Shown here one piece after another: positions 41,213 through 54,725 of a stretch of DNA of 64,000 nucleotides (positions within the stretch are counted from its first letter, which is position 1; the number at the start of each line of letters is the position of its first letter). The notes under the pieces were generated by a model that saw only the letters and a list, made by a program, of their open reading frames with translations, ran no database searches and was not told the DNA's origin. The DNA comes from Callorhinchus milii (Eukaryota), in the NCBI RefSeq assembly GCF_018977255.1, contig NW_024704742.1, forward strand, positions 15,626,001 to 15,690,000. The letters run 5' to 3'. The translations under genes were made by a program, and so were the position numbers.

Positions 41213-41780
41213 TCATAGAATCATAAAATTATACAGCACAAAAGGAGGCCATTCTGCCCAGTGTGTCTGTGCCGGCTATTTGAAAAGTGCTATCAATTCA
41301 ATCGCATTCCCCTGCTCTTTCCCCAAAGCCCTGCAAACTTATCCTCCCCAAATAATTACCTACTTCTCTTAAAAGCTGTTATCGAATTGTCTACCACCAT
41401 CCTTTCAGGCAATGCATTCCAGATCCGAACAACTCGTTGTGTAAAATAATTTCTTCTCACCTCCCCTGTTTCTTTTAACAACTATTCTAAATCGATGTCC
41501 TTGGGCTACTGACCCACCCACCAGTGGAAATAGTTTCTCCTTCTTCATCCTATCGAATCCCTTCATAATTTTGAAAATTTCTTATTAAGTCCCCTCTTAA
41601 CCTTCTCTGCTCCAAGGAGAATAATCCTAGCTTCTCCAGCCTCTCCTGATAACTGAAGTTTCTCATTCCTGGTACCATCCTGGTAAATTTCCTTTGTAGC
41701 CTCTCCAATGCCTTGACATCCTTCCTAAAGTGTGGTGCCCACAACTGAACACTGTACTCTGTACCAGTGTTTTATAAAGG
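41213..41780 (-). mobile_element. CR1 3' fragment
   Basis: WAPHFRKDVKALER.QRKFTRMVPGM...LGLFSLEQRRLRGDLI. Confidence 0.9.
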
Positions 41781-42082
41781 TAACTTTACTTGAGTTTTTT
41801 TGTTAATTAAAAAACACAATACTCAGCAGGGCAAAGGAAACTACAGTTGAACAACTGTAAATTCTATGCCCTGCATGAAAATCCTATGTCAACCTAATAG
41901 CCGTTTAGCACAGACTTGGGAACCTATCATGATTGTTGTACTAACAACAGAAAGACTTTCTTTATCAGGAGTAATAATGTCTTGCAAACATTAAAACTGT
42001 TGCTGTTTAGTTTGTAGAGGACAATAAAAATATTATGGTGGCTTAGAAATAATGTCAGAATTGTGTTTTAATGTCTGATGAA

Positions 42083-42158
42083 TAGGTGGATTGGCTAAGA
42101 ATGTGCGTCACAATATTTGTTAGGTGGATTGGTTGAGAATGTGCGTCACAATATTTGT
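42083..42158. repeat. 38 bp tandem duplication
   Basis: taggtggattgg(ctaa/ttga)gaatgtgcgtcacaatatttgt occurs twice. Confidence 0.9.
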
Positions 42159-43161
42159 TACACTTTTGCTATTAATCACTTTCTATAAGTGAGAAACAAG
42201 GAAGATATGGGAAAAGTGAAAATAAACGTGTATTCATTTGCAATAACAATTAACATTTAAATAGTGACTTCCATAGCAGGAGGGTGTCTCAAAGTACTTC
42301 ACACACACTGATATGCAGTCACTCAATTGCAATGTACGGACTCCTGAGATAGATACAGATGCCCACATTCCGAATTATTGCCACATTGAATTAACTATAG
42401 TGCTTGAGGCGGGCTCCTTTTCACCCAGAAGGAAAATCAGTACAGTAGATTGTGTCTTCAGCAAAAGTAATGGAAAAGTAAAAGTAAACTTGCTGGTTTA
42501 TTGAAGTAAGAAATTGGGGTAAGACTTGACATTCAAACTTTTCCTTTTATCGGTCAGTCAATCCTCAAATTCCCTGCATAGTGCATGCTGAGCCTTATTA
42601 CTTTAATGGCTAAATACGTACACTTACCAGTGTTTAAGATAGCTATAAGAACCCTATGAATTTAAATGAATTACATACGTTTATTACATTATGTTGATTA
42701 CATTATATGTTAATCAATTTTGAAATTGCTTTGATAAAGTTATAATGGTCATCCATATAACCACTTTCTGACTACTCTAAAAAAAACAATTTCCATTAAA
42801 AGAAAGTCAAAATGGCTTCAGTTGTTATTGTAATGCTTGTGTCAACATCTCACAATTCACATATTGGTTAATAGAAGATTACGGACCTTTGACTGTCCAC
42901 CATATCAGATTGCTAAAGGTATGCAACAGTATGATATGTAACAGTATGACCACAAATTTTCTTTTTAGATTAAAAAATTGTTATCGGCGACTGTGGGTTG
43001 AAGGCAGGATTGTTAAAGGCATGCAAGTTTGCTGACAGATGAATCAGGTTGCAATGTAAACATATTTTCAGCAAAGAATTTGGGATCTCTGATCAAAACA
43101 AATAGATATGAAATGTGAGCTAATAAAATAAATTATATTTCAAATACTTACGGTAAAATGT

Positions 43162-43174
43162 TGCCACCTGGTGG
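43162..43174 (-). promoter_or_regulatory. Candidate CTCF site CCACCAGGTGGCA
   Basis: Matches the CTCF core consensus; motif match only. Confidence 0.45.
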
Positions 43175-43990
43175 TGAAACACAGAACGCAAATTCTTCAA
43201 TTTAGTCTACTTGTGTCACTCACAAAAGCACATGTATGTTCAAGAAAATACTACTTTAAAAATAACCACCAAAATTGACGTGTGTTGTGATGCTTCATGT
43301 GTTCCTGTGTAAATTTTTAAATATGAACAGAAGGTCCTGAGAGCAGTCAGGCTTGAAGCAGTCAGGCAGTAACATCCACATCCTCTGCTGTGAATGATAC
43401 CCAAACCTACCTCTCTACCTCCACCCATGATTCTAGGTACACTGATGCTCTGGCCTCCCACCTTCTTTTCAGATACCAAATCCTGGATAAGCTTATATTT
43501 CGTCAGCTAAACATATACAAGATGGAAGCTGAGACAGATATCACATTGAAAGTTCCCACAGATATGTTTTTTTTGAATAAAGGCAATCTCAGGGATTGGT
43601 GTCACAATTAGTTGGTTCTCTCCCAGTACATTTGGCTCTTCAAACCCAGCCAGCATTGATCAGATCATGGTCTTTTTACTGGATCCAAGAAATTATTGAA
43701 AGGCATTTCAATTTGAATAAATAATGAAACTACGTAACCAATTTAACCTGGTGTTCATGAGGAATTGCAAAGATTACTTTGACAATTTTTTTTTTCGAAA
43801 GACATATTTACTCACTGCAAATATTTGACAGTGACCACAAACCAACATAAAGTTTGTACTGGCTATTCAAACATTTTAATTTTTTTTTAAAAAAACTGCA
43901 TTTTAAATTGCAAAAAGTGTAATAGATTTTGAGAAAGAGACCAACAAACATATGAAAATTAAGTACAGTATTAAAGCAAGAGTTTCCTAC

Positions 43991-44079
43991 CCATTGTCCA
44001 GGCCATTCTGTCCCAGTTTCTTCCCCATATCTCCAACCATTACTCCTGGCATTGGGAGTAGAGTTTTGGGATCTCGGAT
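43991..44079 (-). CDS. ACOX3: ACOX3 exon 7 (89 nt): [30 protein letters not shown]
   Basis: ttttag|...|gtagga; [14 protein letters not shown] acyl-CoA oxidase motif; phase 0/2. Confidence 0.97.
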
Positions 44080-44137
44080 CTAAAATCATATAGTTTCCAT
44101 ATTTTTTATGTTACAAAAAGCACTTATATAGAACCCT

Positions 44138-45235
44138 CTATGCTCTATCAGAGCGCTTAACAGTTGTGGAGCCTGACTCTGAGTCGGGTGGGGGGAGGGG
44201 ACCCCCCCACCACCATCCGACTTGGTCAAAAGCATGGTCAAAAAGGAAGGTTTTCAGGCAGGACTTGAAAAAGGGGAGAGAGGGTGCAAGGCGGTGGGAT
44301 TGAAGGTGAGTGTTCCTGAGTTTCGGGGAGTAGCGGCTGAATGCACGACCTCCAGAGCAGAGGACGCGAGGGACAGCAGGAGGCCTGTGAGTAACGGTCG
44401 AACGGAGGCGCCAGGTGATGGATTGGGGAGTGAGGAGCTCGGAGAGATAGGGAGGTGCCAGGGAGTGAAGGGATAATAATAATAATCCTTGCATTTGATA
44501 TAGTGCTTTTCACGTCGGAGGACGTCCCAAAGCGCTTCACAGAACACACTGTAAAGTGAATTGACTGTGTATTTGTGGGCGAACGCGGCAGCCAATTGCG
44601 CACAGCAATGTCCCACAAACAGTCATAGATTGAAAATGACCAATTTATTATTGTTTTTTGTTTTGGAGGGATTATTATTAGGCGTGTGGAGTAAGGAAAC
44701 TTGCCCAAGGTTTCGCCCTGCCTGGAATTGAACTCAGGTCTCTTGCTTGCAAAGCGAGTGCTCTAACCACTGAGCTACAGGACTCCACAAATGAACACAA
44801 GTGAACACAATATGAACACAAGTTTTGAGGACCTTGAAGTCGATCAGTTCGGTGATGGGGAGCCAGTGGAGCCTGGCCAGAAATAGTGAGATGGGGATAT
44901 GGAGTTTGGTCTGGATAAGTATGCGGGCAACAGAGTTCTGAATGAACTGGATTTTCTGGTTCGGTGAGTGTGAGGTTGAACCCAGGGTGGTTGAGGAGTT
45001 CAGACTCGCAGGACTGAAGAAGTTGACAGGAGCCAAGGTGTATGGCTTCCGCCTTGTTCACATTTAGCTGCAGGAAATTTGCACTCGTCCAGGCCCTGAT
45101 GTCTGCCAGACAAGCTGATAGAACATCGGCGGACCTAGAGTTGCAGCTGGAGGAGGCCAAGTAGATTTGTGTGTCATCTACATACATAAGGAAGTTTACC
45201 CTGTGCCTAGGGATGACATCACCAAGAGGAAGCAA
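44138..45235 (-). mobile_element. L2 fragment interrupted by a SINE
   Basis: YVDDTQIY, NFLQLN, LHWLP. Confidence 0.88.
44474..44786 (-). mobile_element. tRNA-derived SINE, young short subfamily
   Basis: Near-identical to the other young copies. Confidence 0.93.
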
Positions 45236-47473
45236 TGAATAAATGTTAGAATGAATAAAAAAGCTTTCTTCTGAACTATATTCTGATTATATTCAATATG
45301 GAATGAAAATTACTAGTTTATGATGCATTAATTTACACCATTGTTAATCAACACATTGTTGAACACTTTCTATCATTGATACTAAAGACATTGACAAAGC
45401 CCCCTTGGCTCCGTCCCAATTATTGAACTCCAAAACATCTATGGCACACACTACAATTGCCATCTGGGGATTGTGCATTGAAATTCCGGGTAGAACAATA
45501 ATGGCTTATGAGGGTAAAGAAGTATTTCGATGACAGTCAAATACAATACCAAAGGGTGGCTCAGGGTCAATCATTGACAAAGTCAGAGGGAAGAGGAAAG
45601 TCGCACTCAAGAGCCAGATGATGTCTTTAGTTATTGACAATGTAGAATCTCCCACAATGTATCAATTAAAACATTACAAGATGCAGTCTAATCCTAATAA
45701 GATACACAACCAGTTTGCAAATTTTGTTTTAATAAATGTTTCTATAAATTGTACATGAATTGTACATAATAATAAATTGGTCACTTCAATCCACTATTGT
45801 CTGTGGGACACTGCTGTACGCAATTGGCTGCCGCGTTTTGCCCACAAATTCAATTCAAAGTGAATTCACTTTACAGTTTATCCTGTGAAGCGCTTTGAGA
45901 CGTCTAGCAGACGTGAAAAGCACTATATCAAATGCAAGGATTATTATAAAAACAGACAATTTGCATACCTTTACAAAATTGTTGATTTAGTCAATTCAGC
46001 AGCTCAACTAAAACAGAATAAAACATTCACAATAAAATGTGCTGCTGTCGCCAGGTGAAGTGAAATTTGGCAGTAAACTGATTATATTTTTTGTGCCAAT
46101 CTATTAATGCCCCATTTATGTTGTATTTTCACACCGAATTGATTAGAAAACACAGCATAAATCCTGTTTGAGGCATGGGATTGCAGTGGAAAATAATTAC
46201 CATAATTGCAGTATAAAATACAGGCAATGGGAATCAATCGTTCACTGATGTTTGTGTCTGTCCCTTTAAAAGCTCTTGGGTGCTGGAACCTAGTTAATTG
46301 GTATTTGGTGTCAGTTAGCAGCGTTCTGTCATGAGATTTCTAAAAGAAAAATTTAATCTCATTTCATTTCCAGCAATATAAATAGAATATAAAACCTCCC
46401 AAATTGAGGAACACTTCAAGTACACTCAACCCCTGGTTAACCGGAGCTGAAAAGGAAGGTTTTCAGGCGTGACTTGAAAAAGGGGAGAGAGGAACAAGGC
46501 GGAGAGATTGAGGGGTAGTATTCCAAAAAAATAATTTCCACACCTGGTAGGGCTATGTCTGAATTCCAGATACCTGAAGACCAGTTAATTGAGGGTTGAG
46601 TGTACTTCCCCACACTAAGGTTCATCTCTATAATCCCTGTAACAAGTATGAGTGATAAGTGATTTGGCACTTGACAATTATGGGATGACTTGCAACTTAT
46701 CATAACTTATTCAATGTGGTAGTCAAACACATATGATGAAATATAATATTATGAAATAATGCTTATTTCCAACCATTCCAAAAAGACTGGCTAAGGAACC
46801 ATCCCCACTCCAAGCATATTTCATTCATCCTATTCTTGCGGAGGCACATACATTATCCCGAGTTCAGGGAAATTACTCTCTCTTTCCTCCTGGCCTCTGC
46901 TCAAAAGTTGCACCAAGGATTTTCCTGTTCCATTACGGCTCAAACATTATGTTTGAGAGTTAGAAATAGAATACTGGACAAAATAAGTTGTGAAAGCAGA
47001 TCTCAAATGCTGCCTCCAGGATTTAAAACCAAACTTAATTGAGCTCTCAATTTCCTAGGTCCCTGTCATTTTTTTTCAAACTGGGATTAGAATATTTCTA
47101 TTCTGGGGGGTAATGTTTAAATTTAAAATTTAGATTCCATGGCCAATCTCTTTAAGTATAGCCAGAAATAACAACAACAAAATTACATTTGTAGAGCACC
47201 TTTCACGTCGGGAGGACGTCCCAAAGCGCTAAGTGACATCTCATGACAGATTCAGTGTGATAATTATCACCTATTTACATTTAAAACATTTTATATGCAA
47301 GTACATTTACATTTGTCTTATGTAGTGCTGATAAATTATATTACTATTTGCCATATAAAAGTAATCACTACATTGAATGCACGAGGCACTCTGAAATGCT
47401 ACCCCATGTGAAGGGCACTATATAAATGCAAGTTGTTGTTGTTGAATGCTTCAAAGCAAGTGGCAAACCTTAC

Positions 47474-47617
47474 CTGCACAATAAAAGAATGGAGCCCATG
47501 ACATTCTCCACCAGGGGTATAGAGTTGTGCAAACACCACAGCATGTGTGGCAGTTTTCCCAAGGTTTCCAACCCAAAACTTGGCTGCTTCAAAGTCAGGA
47601 GAAGTGATGATAAATTC
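47474..47617 (-). CDS. ACOX3: ACOX3 exon 6 (144 nt): [48 protein letters not shown]
   Basis: taatag|...|gtaagg; AAKFWVGN motif. Confidence 0.97.
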
Positions 47618-50116
47618 CTATTAAAGTAGAAATTTAATCCATTGGTTAAGTGAAGATCACTGTTGCTGTTGTGTGCACTGGTTTACAAATATGAATATAT
47701 TGGAATACTTATTCATGTATTCTATAAAGCTGCACAAAAAGATGCAATGCTCAACAGTGCATGTAATTGGTCACAGTGATTTACAAACTAAATCCAATGT
47801 ATAGAATTATTGACATGGAATAACAAACCACCTAAACAGGATAAAAGGATGAATTTAAGGAAGACTTAGAATCTCTCCTATAAATAGTTTTGGTTGAGAA
47901 AAATTATAGTAAGTCCTCAGTAAAGGCAACTTTAATTGTGAGGCTAATTGCATGGCAACTCTTATAAACCTTATATCTGAATAGAAATAACTCATAGTTA
48001 GCAATACTACAAAAGCTGAGGGTCAATAATATTATTGAGCATAAATACAATATGGTAAAAACTAACAGCTTCCTCGCCAGTAAGCAAAGATAGTTCATTT
48101 CAATATTTCCATTCACAACCACATATGGACAACAACAGGTTACAGTGTAAAATTACAAATCTTTTATAGGAGTTCTAAGCTTTATTTAATCCACTGGGAA
48201 ATTACTGGTTACTGGGAAAATTGTGCAAATCCAGTATATGAATGTATGCTTGCACAGATTTTTGAAAACTCTTCTTATAAAATCTAATTCAAACCACCAG
48301 AGAAAAGGCAGCAGTGATCTACAGATCAATACTGTATTACGATTGATGGAGCTCTCGCTCTCCAGTGCCATCTTGTGGTGTATCCAACTCCAATAAGTGA
48401 TAGAAAGAACTGCTCCTTATGCCCTTAATTTTCGCTAAATCCTCAATAAATTTTGGACAGCATTAAATTATATAAGGAATAATTAGTGCAAAGAAAGTAA
48501 AACAATGTGCATGATTTTACATCAAAATGTGCTTGATATTTGTATAACTGATCTCTTGAAAATTTTAAAAACAGAATAGCACTTAAAATATCTACAATTT
48601 GTACAATGAACTAAACTGAGATTGTGACACTTATATATGTACTTAATAAGTTTGGAATTCAGATTGTTCGTTGTACATTCAGTAATAATTAACAGATTGC
48701 CTCACAATCACAACATTTCAAATTCTTAGTAGCAATTCTTTAATTTTGCAAAATGAAACCACACAGCTCACTGCCCTGCAAAACTACAGGAAATTATGGA
48801 ATGGGAACAAGTCATTTCAACAGGAGGAACGGCTCAAAAAGGCAAACCAAACTGCTGCATCAGTGTTCAATAATTTCAAAAACAGCATTAGCGAAAATAT
48901 TAAAAATACTTGGCCTATTTTAATAAACTACACAAAATGGAAATAATTGACATACATAAAGTGCATGTTTGCACGTTATATTACTAAAAACTGGTGGACA
49001 ACATGTTACAGAGGAAGCCCTTTATACGATGCTTTGTTATAACACAGGTTCACTTCTTCTGTGTTCACTTCTGATTTTGTTTCACTTATCCGTCCCGCAC
49101 GTACTTGAATGCATTTGTCCTGCAGAATTTTTTTTAAGGATATCAATTTATCCTCAATTGATTTTATTTAAGTAATGCCTCCAAACCTATGTCACTTAAT
49201 TTAGGGCTCATATTCCTGAAGCTTACCCGTCTAAAGTTATGTATTGGAGTTTGGCTGTGTTTTTGTGCCATTTCCCCAAGGCAAATTGAATGTTACCAAG
49301 TGTGGTCACTGTTACCCAGTGGATCGACTACTTCTAGTGCCTGAATAGTGTCTGGGTGACTGATCAGAAGTAAATCACGAAGTGAACTGTCTCCCTCTGG
49401 GCTCCGACACAACAAGTTACATTTACATTTAATAGGTTACATTTACATTTACAACCTTAGAGGCCTTCCCACTTAGACATTCCTTATATATGTTGGGCAG
49501 ATCGAAATATCCCATCAGTACTATCTTCTCTTTCCCACATGCACTCCTAATAATGCCAAAAGTGACAAGCCATTCTCCCTACTTTGGTCTAGTGGTCTGC
49601 AGCAAACTTTGAATGTTAATCTGGCCATTTTGTTATTTAGCACAACTAACCAGAGAATTTCATACCATAATTAATCCTGCAATGCCTGCCAAACTGCCTT
49701 AAACTCCCATGTGTCCCACATATATGGAAACGCTTCTACTTCCTTTATTTCCTGAATAACCTGTAATAATAATAATCCTTGCATTTGATACAGGGCCTTA
49801 TCATGTCTTCGAGAAGTCTCAAGGCACTTCACAGAATATACTGCAAAGTGAATTGACTATAGATTTTGTGGGCAAAATGTACCCACAAAATAAGCTGTAT
49901 TGACTTCCATGATCCTACAAGCTAACTTACAAGCAACGTGCAGGAAGTGACATCGCAGCAATTCATTACAGTGTCCATTGAACACTGCTCATACTGTACA
50001 TTTTTAAAAAAATCTGCAAATGTGTATTACTAACAAGAAAGGAATAACACTCAAAATGGCACACTGTCAGATGTAAACAATACTCTCCAAGGTCACTATA
50101 ACTAGGGTGTACAAAC

Positions 50117-50206
50117 CTGAGTGGTGGGATCATATTTTGCTGTTGTTCTCATAGCCCTAGCGTTGCTGCCATGGCTTAATTCAGTCAAAGCAAAACATCC
50201 AAAGAT
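50117..50206 (-). CDS. ACOX3: ACOX3 exon 5 (90 nt): [30 protein letters not shown]
   Basis: gtttag|...|gtttgt; [13 protein letters not shown] motif. Confidence 0.97.
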
Positions 50207-50931
50207 CTAAACAAAAAATGTTTTAACAATCAGTAAAATAAACATCAAATATATATCATCCATGTTTTAAATATTTTACACCCATCTAAGTAACTCTTTA
50301 TTTTTGAGGGTTTGACTTAAAATAATAATCATCCTTACATATGATATAGCGCCTTATCATGTGTTTGTGCCCGGAAATCGAACCCAGGTCCATCTCGCTT
50401 GCAAGACAAATGCTTTAACTACTAAGCTACAGAATTCCATGCTCTGATCACTAACTTGCATGACTCTTACATCTGTTGTGAGCTGTTGCAGACTCTACAA
50501 TTGACTTCAGAAAATCAGCTAATGATCCGGCTTTTAAGGCTTGAATATCCATTTTGTCTCAGCCTGTAAAACCATTTCAATTTAACATTTAAGACCATGC
50601 AGAATTATGGAAATTCAGCCTTAGTTTGGGAGGTGGTTCTATTTAAGTACTATGGAAAACTGCAGCTTATGTATGTATAGTAAATGAATACGTATGTGTA
50701 AAGTATGTATGTTATTAACAATGTAAAGCTCACAACAGGATTTTTCTGTCACAGAATTAAGAAGCAGCAACATCTGGGTCAGAGAGTGAAGAAAGCAAAA
50801 TGTCCATTTCAACTACAAGAAGCTTTACGGAAACAACTACAATCTTAGCACTGTAGCAATATATTCCTCAATTCCTTCCTAATTGGAATTATCAATTTAG
50901 AACTATGACACAATCAACAGCAGGAATATAC

Positions 50932-51006
50932 CTCCATGTTGTTTATTTTCTTTATATAGTCCAGATGCCGACTAGATCCAGAAACGATAACAGTTCCACT
51001 AAATGT
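50932..51006 (-). CDS. ACOX3: ACOX3 exon 4 (75 nt): TFSGTVIVSGSSRHLDYIKKINNME
   Basis: tttcag|...|gtatat; SGS.RH motif, frame-consistent with neighbours. Confidence 0.92.
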
Positions 51007-51399
51007 CTGAAATAGAAACAAATGTGGTAAGTTTTTTTTGGTAATTTGGGTTTCTAACTCAAGCAAAAACCCATAACCATGATTAAGAGCTTCTAAACCA
51101 GACTGAGAGTTCCACATTTGTATGCTACCTACACATGGGAATTTCCCTGTGTAAGGAATGAAATGTACACTCTCTCCCTGGTGGGGCGTATCCTGCTTAA
51201 TCGTTGAGACATCTCAAAGCGCTTCACAAGATATACTGTATTTTGAGAGTATTAGGCACATCATGACAAAAAACAAGGCTTGGGGACTCCGGAGTGGGTT
51301 TAATCGGCTAAAACCGCATAGCTTGCTATTGAAAGCAATGTCTGTGACCATGTGTAAAAAACATAATCGCCAAATACTTTGTAATTATTGTCAATATCC

Positions 51400-51870
51400 T
51401 TTCGCCTGCATTCTCACCCGCACCCCGATTACTCCAGTCCTTGCCAGACTGCACTGGATGCAGAGGATCCAGAGAGGATCGACTTCAAGATCCTCACCCT
51501 CATATTCAAGTCCCTGCACTCCTCTCACCCCCCTACCTCTCTGACACCCTCTCCTCAAAACAGCACCCGTTGTCTTCGTTCCTCCGGGTCTGGCCTCCTC
51601 CTTGACCCCCGAGTCCTCTGCTCCACCCTTGGCGGCTGCGCCTTGAGCCACTATGCCCCGAGGCTCTGGAACTGCCTTCCTCGCTCCCTTCGTCTCGCTC
51701 CCTCCCTCCCTCCCTCCCCATTTTCAGGTCTCTGCTGAAGACCTTTCTTTTCGACCGTGCCTTTGGTCACCTTCCCCCCCTCCCCCTGGCTCGGTCCCGG
51801 GATCCGAAACTGTAAAGCGCTCTGAGACGCCGTCTGGCGTGGAGGGCGCTATATAAATCCAAGTTGTTGT
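51400..51870 (+). mobile_element. L2 3' fragment
   Basis: ITPVLARLHW, RIDFKIL; tail ggagggcgctatataaatccaagttgttgt. Confidence 0.87.
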
Positions 51871-52258
51871 TTTAAATTTTAGAACCTGATTATCTGAAAC
51901 TGGTCATTAGTCACTGAAAGAGTTATTGAGTTTTTCTCTAAATTTCTAAGATGCAAGAAATTCTTTCAGTTTAAGGGATTAGCAAAAATCTCACTCATAT
52001 AAAACCCCTAAATGTGACATGAATGTGACACACACTAGAGTAGTGTGTAGTCTTTATACGCCCATGAAGCGATTCTCCAATGTATAGATTTGTGTACACT
52101 CTAAAAGAGTGAAGAATCGGATTTTGGTTTGTGTGCTTTTTTTAAAAAAACACCACCTTGAATTATTAATTCGGAAAGTTGTGGGCCTAATAAAGCAGAA
52201 TATCAAATGTTGTTTACATGTTCAGTGAACTATAGCTATGTTTGTTTAAGGCACTTAC

Positions 52259-52492
52259 CTGTCTATTAAGAAAGTACTTAACAGATAGAGACCAATCATA
52301 CATGCCGAAACAGTCACTTATTGCTACAGCCTGAAGAGGGTTCTGCATAGCTTCTTCCAATGTTAAGATGTCATATTCAAACAGTCGTCTGCAGCGAAGG
52401 AAAGTCAGCTCCCGCTGCTTTTCCAGGGTTAGGTCTTCCCCAGGCTGGCGAGCAAAGACTGGATCATTTTCCATGGTTTTAAATACATGTTT
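52259..52492 (-). CDS. ACOX3: ACOX3 exon 3 (234 nt): KHVFKTMENDPVFARQPGEDLTLEKQRELTFLRCRRLFEYD...GMYDWSLSVKYFLNRQ
   Basis: caacag|...|gtaagt; ENDP.FAR and GMYD.SL motifs. Confidence 0.96.
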
Positions 52493-52759
52493 CTGTTGAT
52501 ACAATAAAAGTCAATAATTATTTATCAAAGAACAAGAACACCTGTAATGCCTTACCCACCTTAAGATCTTGATTATTTAGCAATAATGGGCATTCTTCAT
52601 CGCTGTCATAAATTGCATGAGATTTTGGTCTGTATTAAAAAAACATGAATATAACCATACTAATGGCAATTCCAGGTAGCAAAGGATAAAATCAGTCATG
52701 AGGAGACAGACTGAATTTTGACTTCAATAAGAGGTATTTGTGTTAAAAGCTACTTTAAA

Positions 52760-53030
52760 AATAATAATAATCCTTGCATTTGATACAGTGCCTCATCACA
52801 TCTTCGAGAGTCTCAAAGAGCTTCACAGAATATACTATAAAGTGAATTGACTGTATATTTTGTGGGCAAATCGCAGCAGCCAATTGGCACAGCAGTGTCT
52901 CACAAACAGTCATGGTTTAAAGACCAAATTATTTAATTTTTTTGAAGGAATTATTACCCCCGGAAAAGCGATCCACCAGTCGATTAATAACCGGGTTGTG
53001 GAAACTTGCCTAACGTTTCGCCCTGCCTGG
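52760..53030 (-). mobile_element. SINE (long-subfamily type, partial)
   Basis: Tail and body match the 30277 and 35217 copies. Confidence 0.78.
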
Positions 53031-54725
53031 CAAAATATGAGTCTTGTGCCTACATGTTACGTGTTGTAACAATTGTAAATGTTACGCATTGCATTCAACT
53101 CTCTAAAACATCAAGGTGGGTGGCATGTCAAAATTTGTCCTGTAAAGATCATTCTACCAAGCTAAAGGTCTATTGAATAGCCGGTAAGGAAGCTCGGAGG
53201 CTTGGGTAGACAGCCACTGGAAGGTGTTATTGGAGTCTGGTTTTATGGTTGCTCAATGGGGAGGGAAGTATCTTGAGCTGTTGGCAAGAAGATTGTGACA
53301 GTGCTCTCACGCATTTTATGCTGAGCTGTGCTGCTCACCAGGAAGCTGGCAGGGAATTCCTACTGCCTTTGTGTAGGCTCAAACCTGTGCTTGTCAGATA
53401 TCAAAATGGCCATCAAGTTACTGGGGGTGAAGTAAGCGGGTTCCAAGGGAACAAGCTTGGCAACGAAATGTCAAAATTGAGTTAATCCTCTATGGTGGTC
53501 TCAGTGGTCTGGTTCCTGAGTCAGGCAGGACCAGCACTGCTAATAACAGACCAGCCTGGCTCATTCTTCCAACTCAACTCCTATTCACCCTGCAGGCCAA
53601 AGGTTTAGCTGGTAGATTGGTTTTAGCTGGAATAGCAGCAGGAAAGATTGCCACAGTACTTTTAATGGCAAGCTGCGTGGTTTTAGCTGGTTAAACACCA
53701 GCAGTACCCAAATGCATACACTGGTGTCCCCAAGCTTCGGTCTTGCCCCTATGCTCTCCGGAATTAGGTAAGCAGGATGCATACTCCAGGGAGAGAGTGC
53801 ACATTCCAGACAAAGAGAAATTTCCATGTGTAGGTGCATACCTATGTGAAATTATTATTAAAGCTTCCACTGAGTGCTGGGCTCTTTATGAACTTTAAAA
53901 GCCAATCTCCCATTTGGACCATCTGTACAGTGCCACACTTGTGCACATGTGCGTTACACCAGAACTGTGTATTCTATTTTTCCTTGCTCCAATTGAGAGT
54001 GAAGTCAATCAGGCTTCCAACTGCCCATCACTGTCAAAGCTGTTCTGTTTCTGCCAGTATAATTGGAGCATGGCTGTCTGACTTCCAGTGACTGCACCCA
54101 TTGTACTTTGATAAGATTCAGATATAATCTGGTTGTTTAATTCATATATTCAGCCACAATTCTGATGCCAGTTTTCCAGTTCTTAAAAATACCCGTTTCA
54201 AAATTAAGACCGAATACAAATTTTACAAAATTATGCATGATTTTGATCTTTAAGAAACTTGCCTTAAGGCTAAAACCAGGTAAAATTTGGGGAAAGAATA
54301 GGAAATTGGGTCACATAGTTTGCTCCAATGGATGAGCTAGCACTATCTTAAATTTGATGGGCCACATGGCATCGTCCTGAACTGTAATTATACAATTCTA
54401 ATCTATAACCTCCCTGATTAATCTGCACTATAAATAAAATGTTAATAATCTGGAACTAGTGAGTGCCTGAACTAGATTGTGATTTTTTTTTAAATAATTG
54501 AGTTTCGGAAGACAGAGCTGTGTGTTTGTGTTCAATATATTTACATGACACTGTATAAGAGTGCTATTAAAATAATTGAAAATAGCCAATGAGATAGATA
54601 TTATCAATCATTATAGGTTGAAATGACAACATAAATAACCACCTGATATTTTTCAAACTATTGAAAGTAAAGTTTAAAAGGCATACAAGCTGGTCTGCTC
54701 AGCATTTTCACTGGGACCATCTTAC

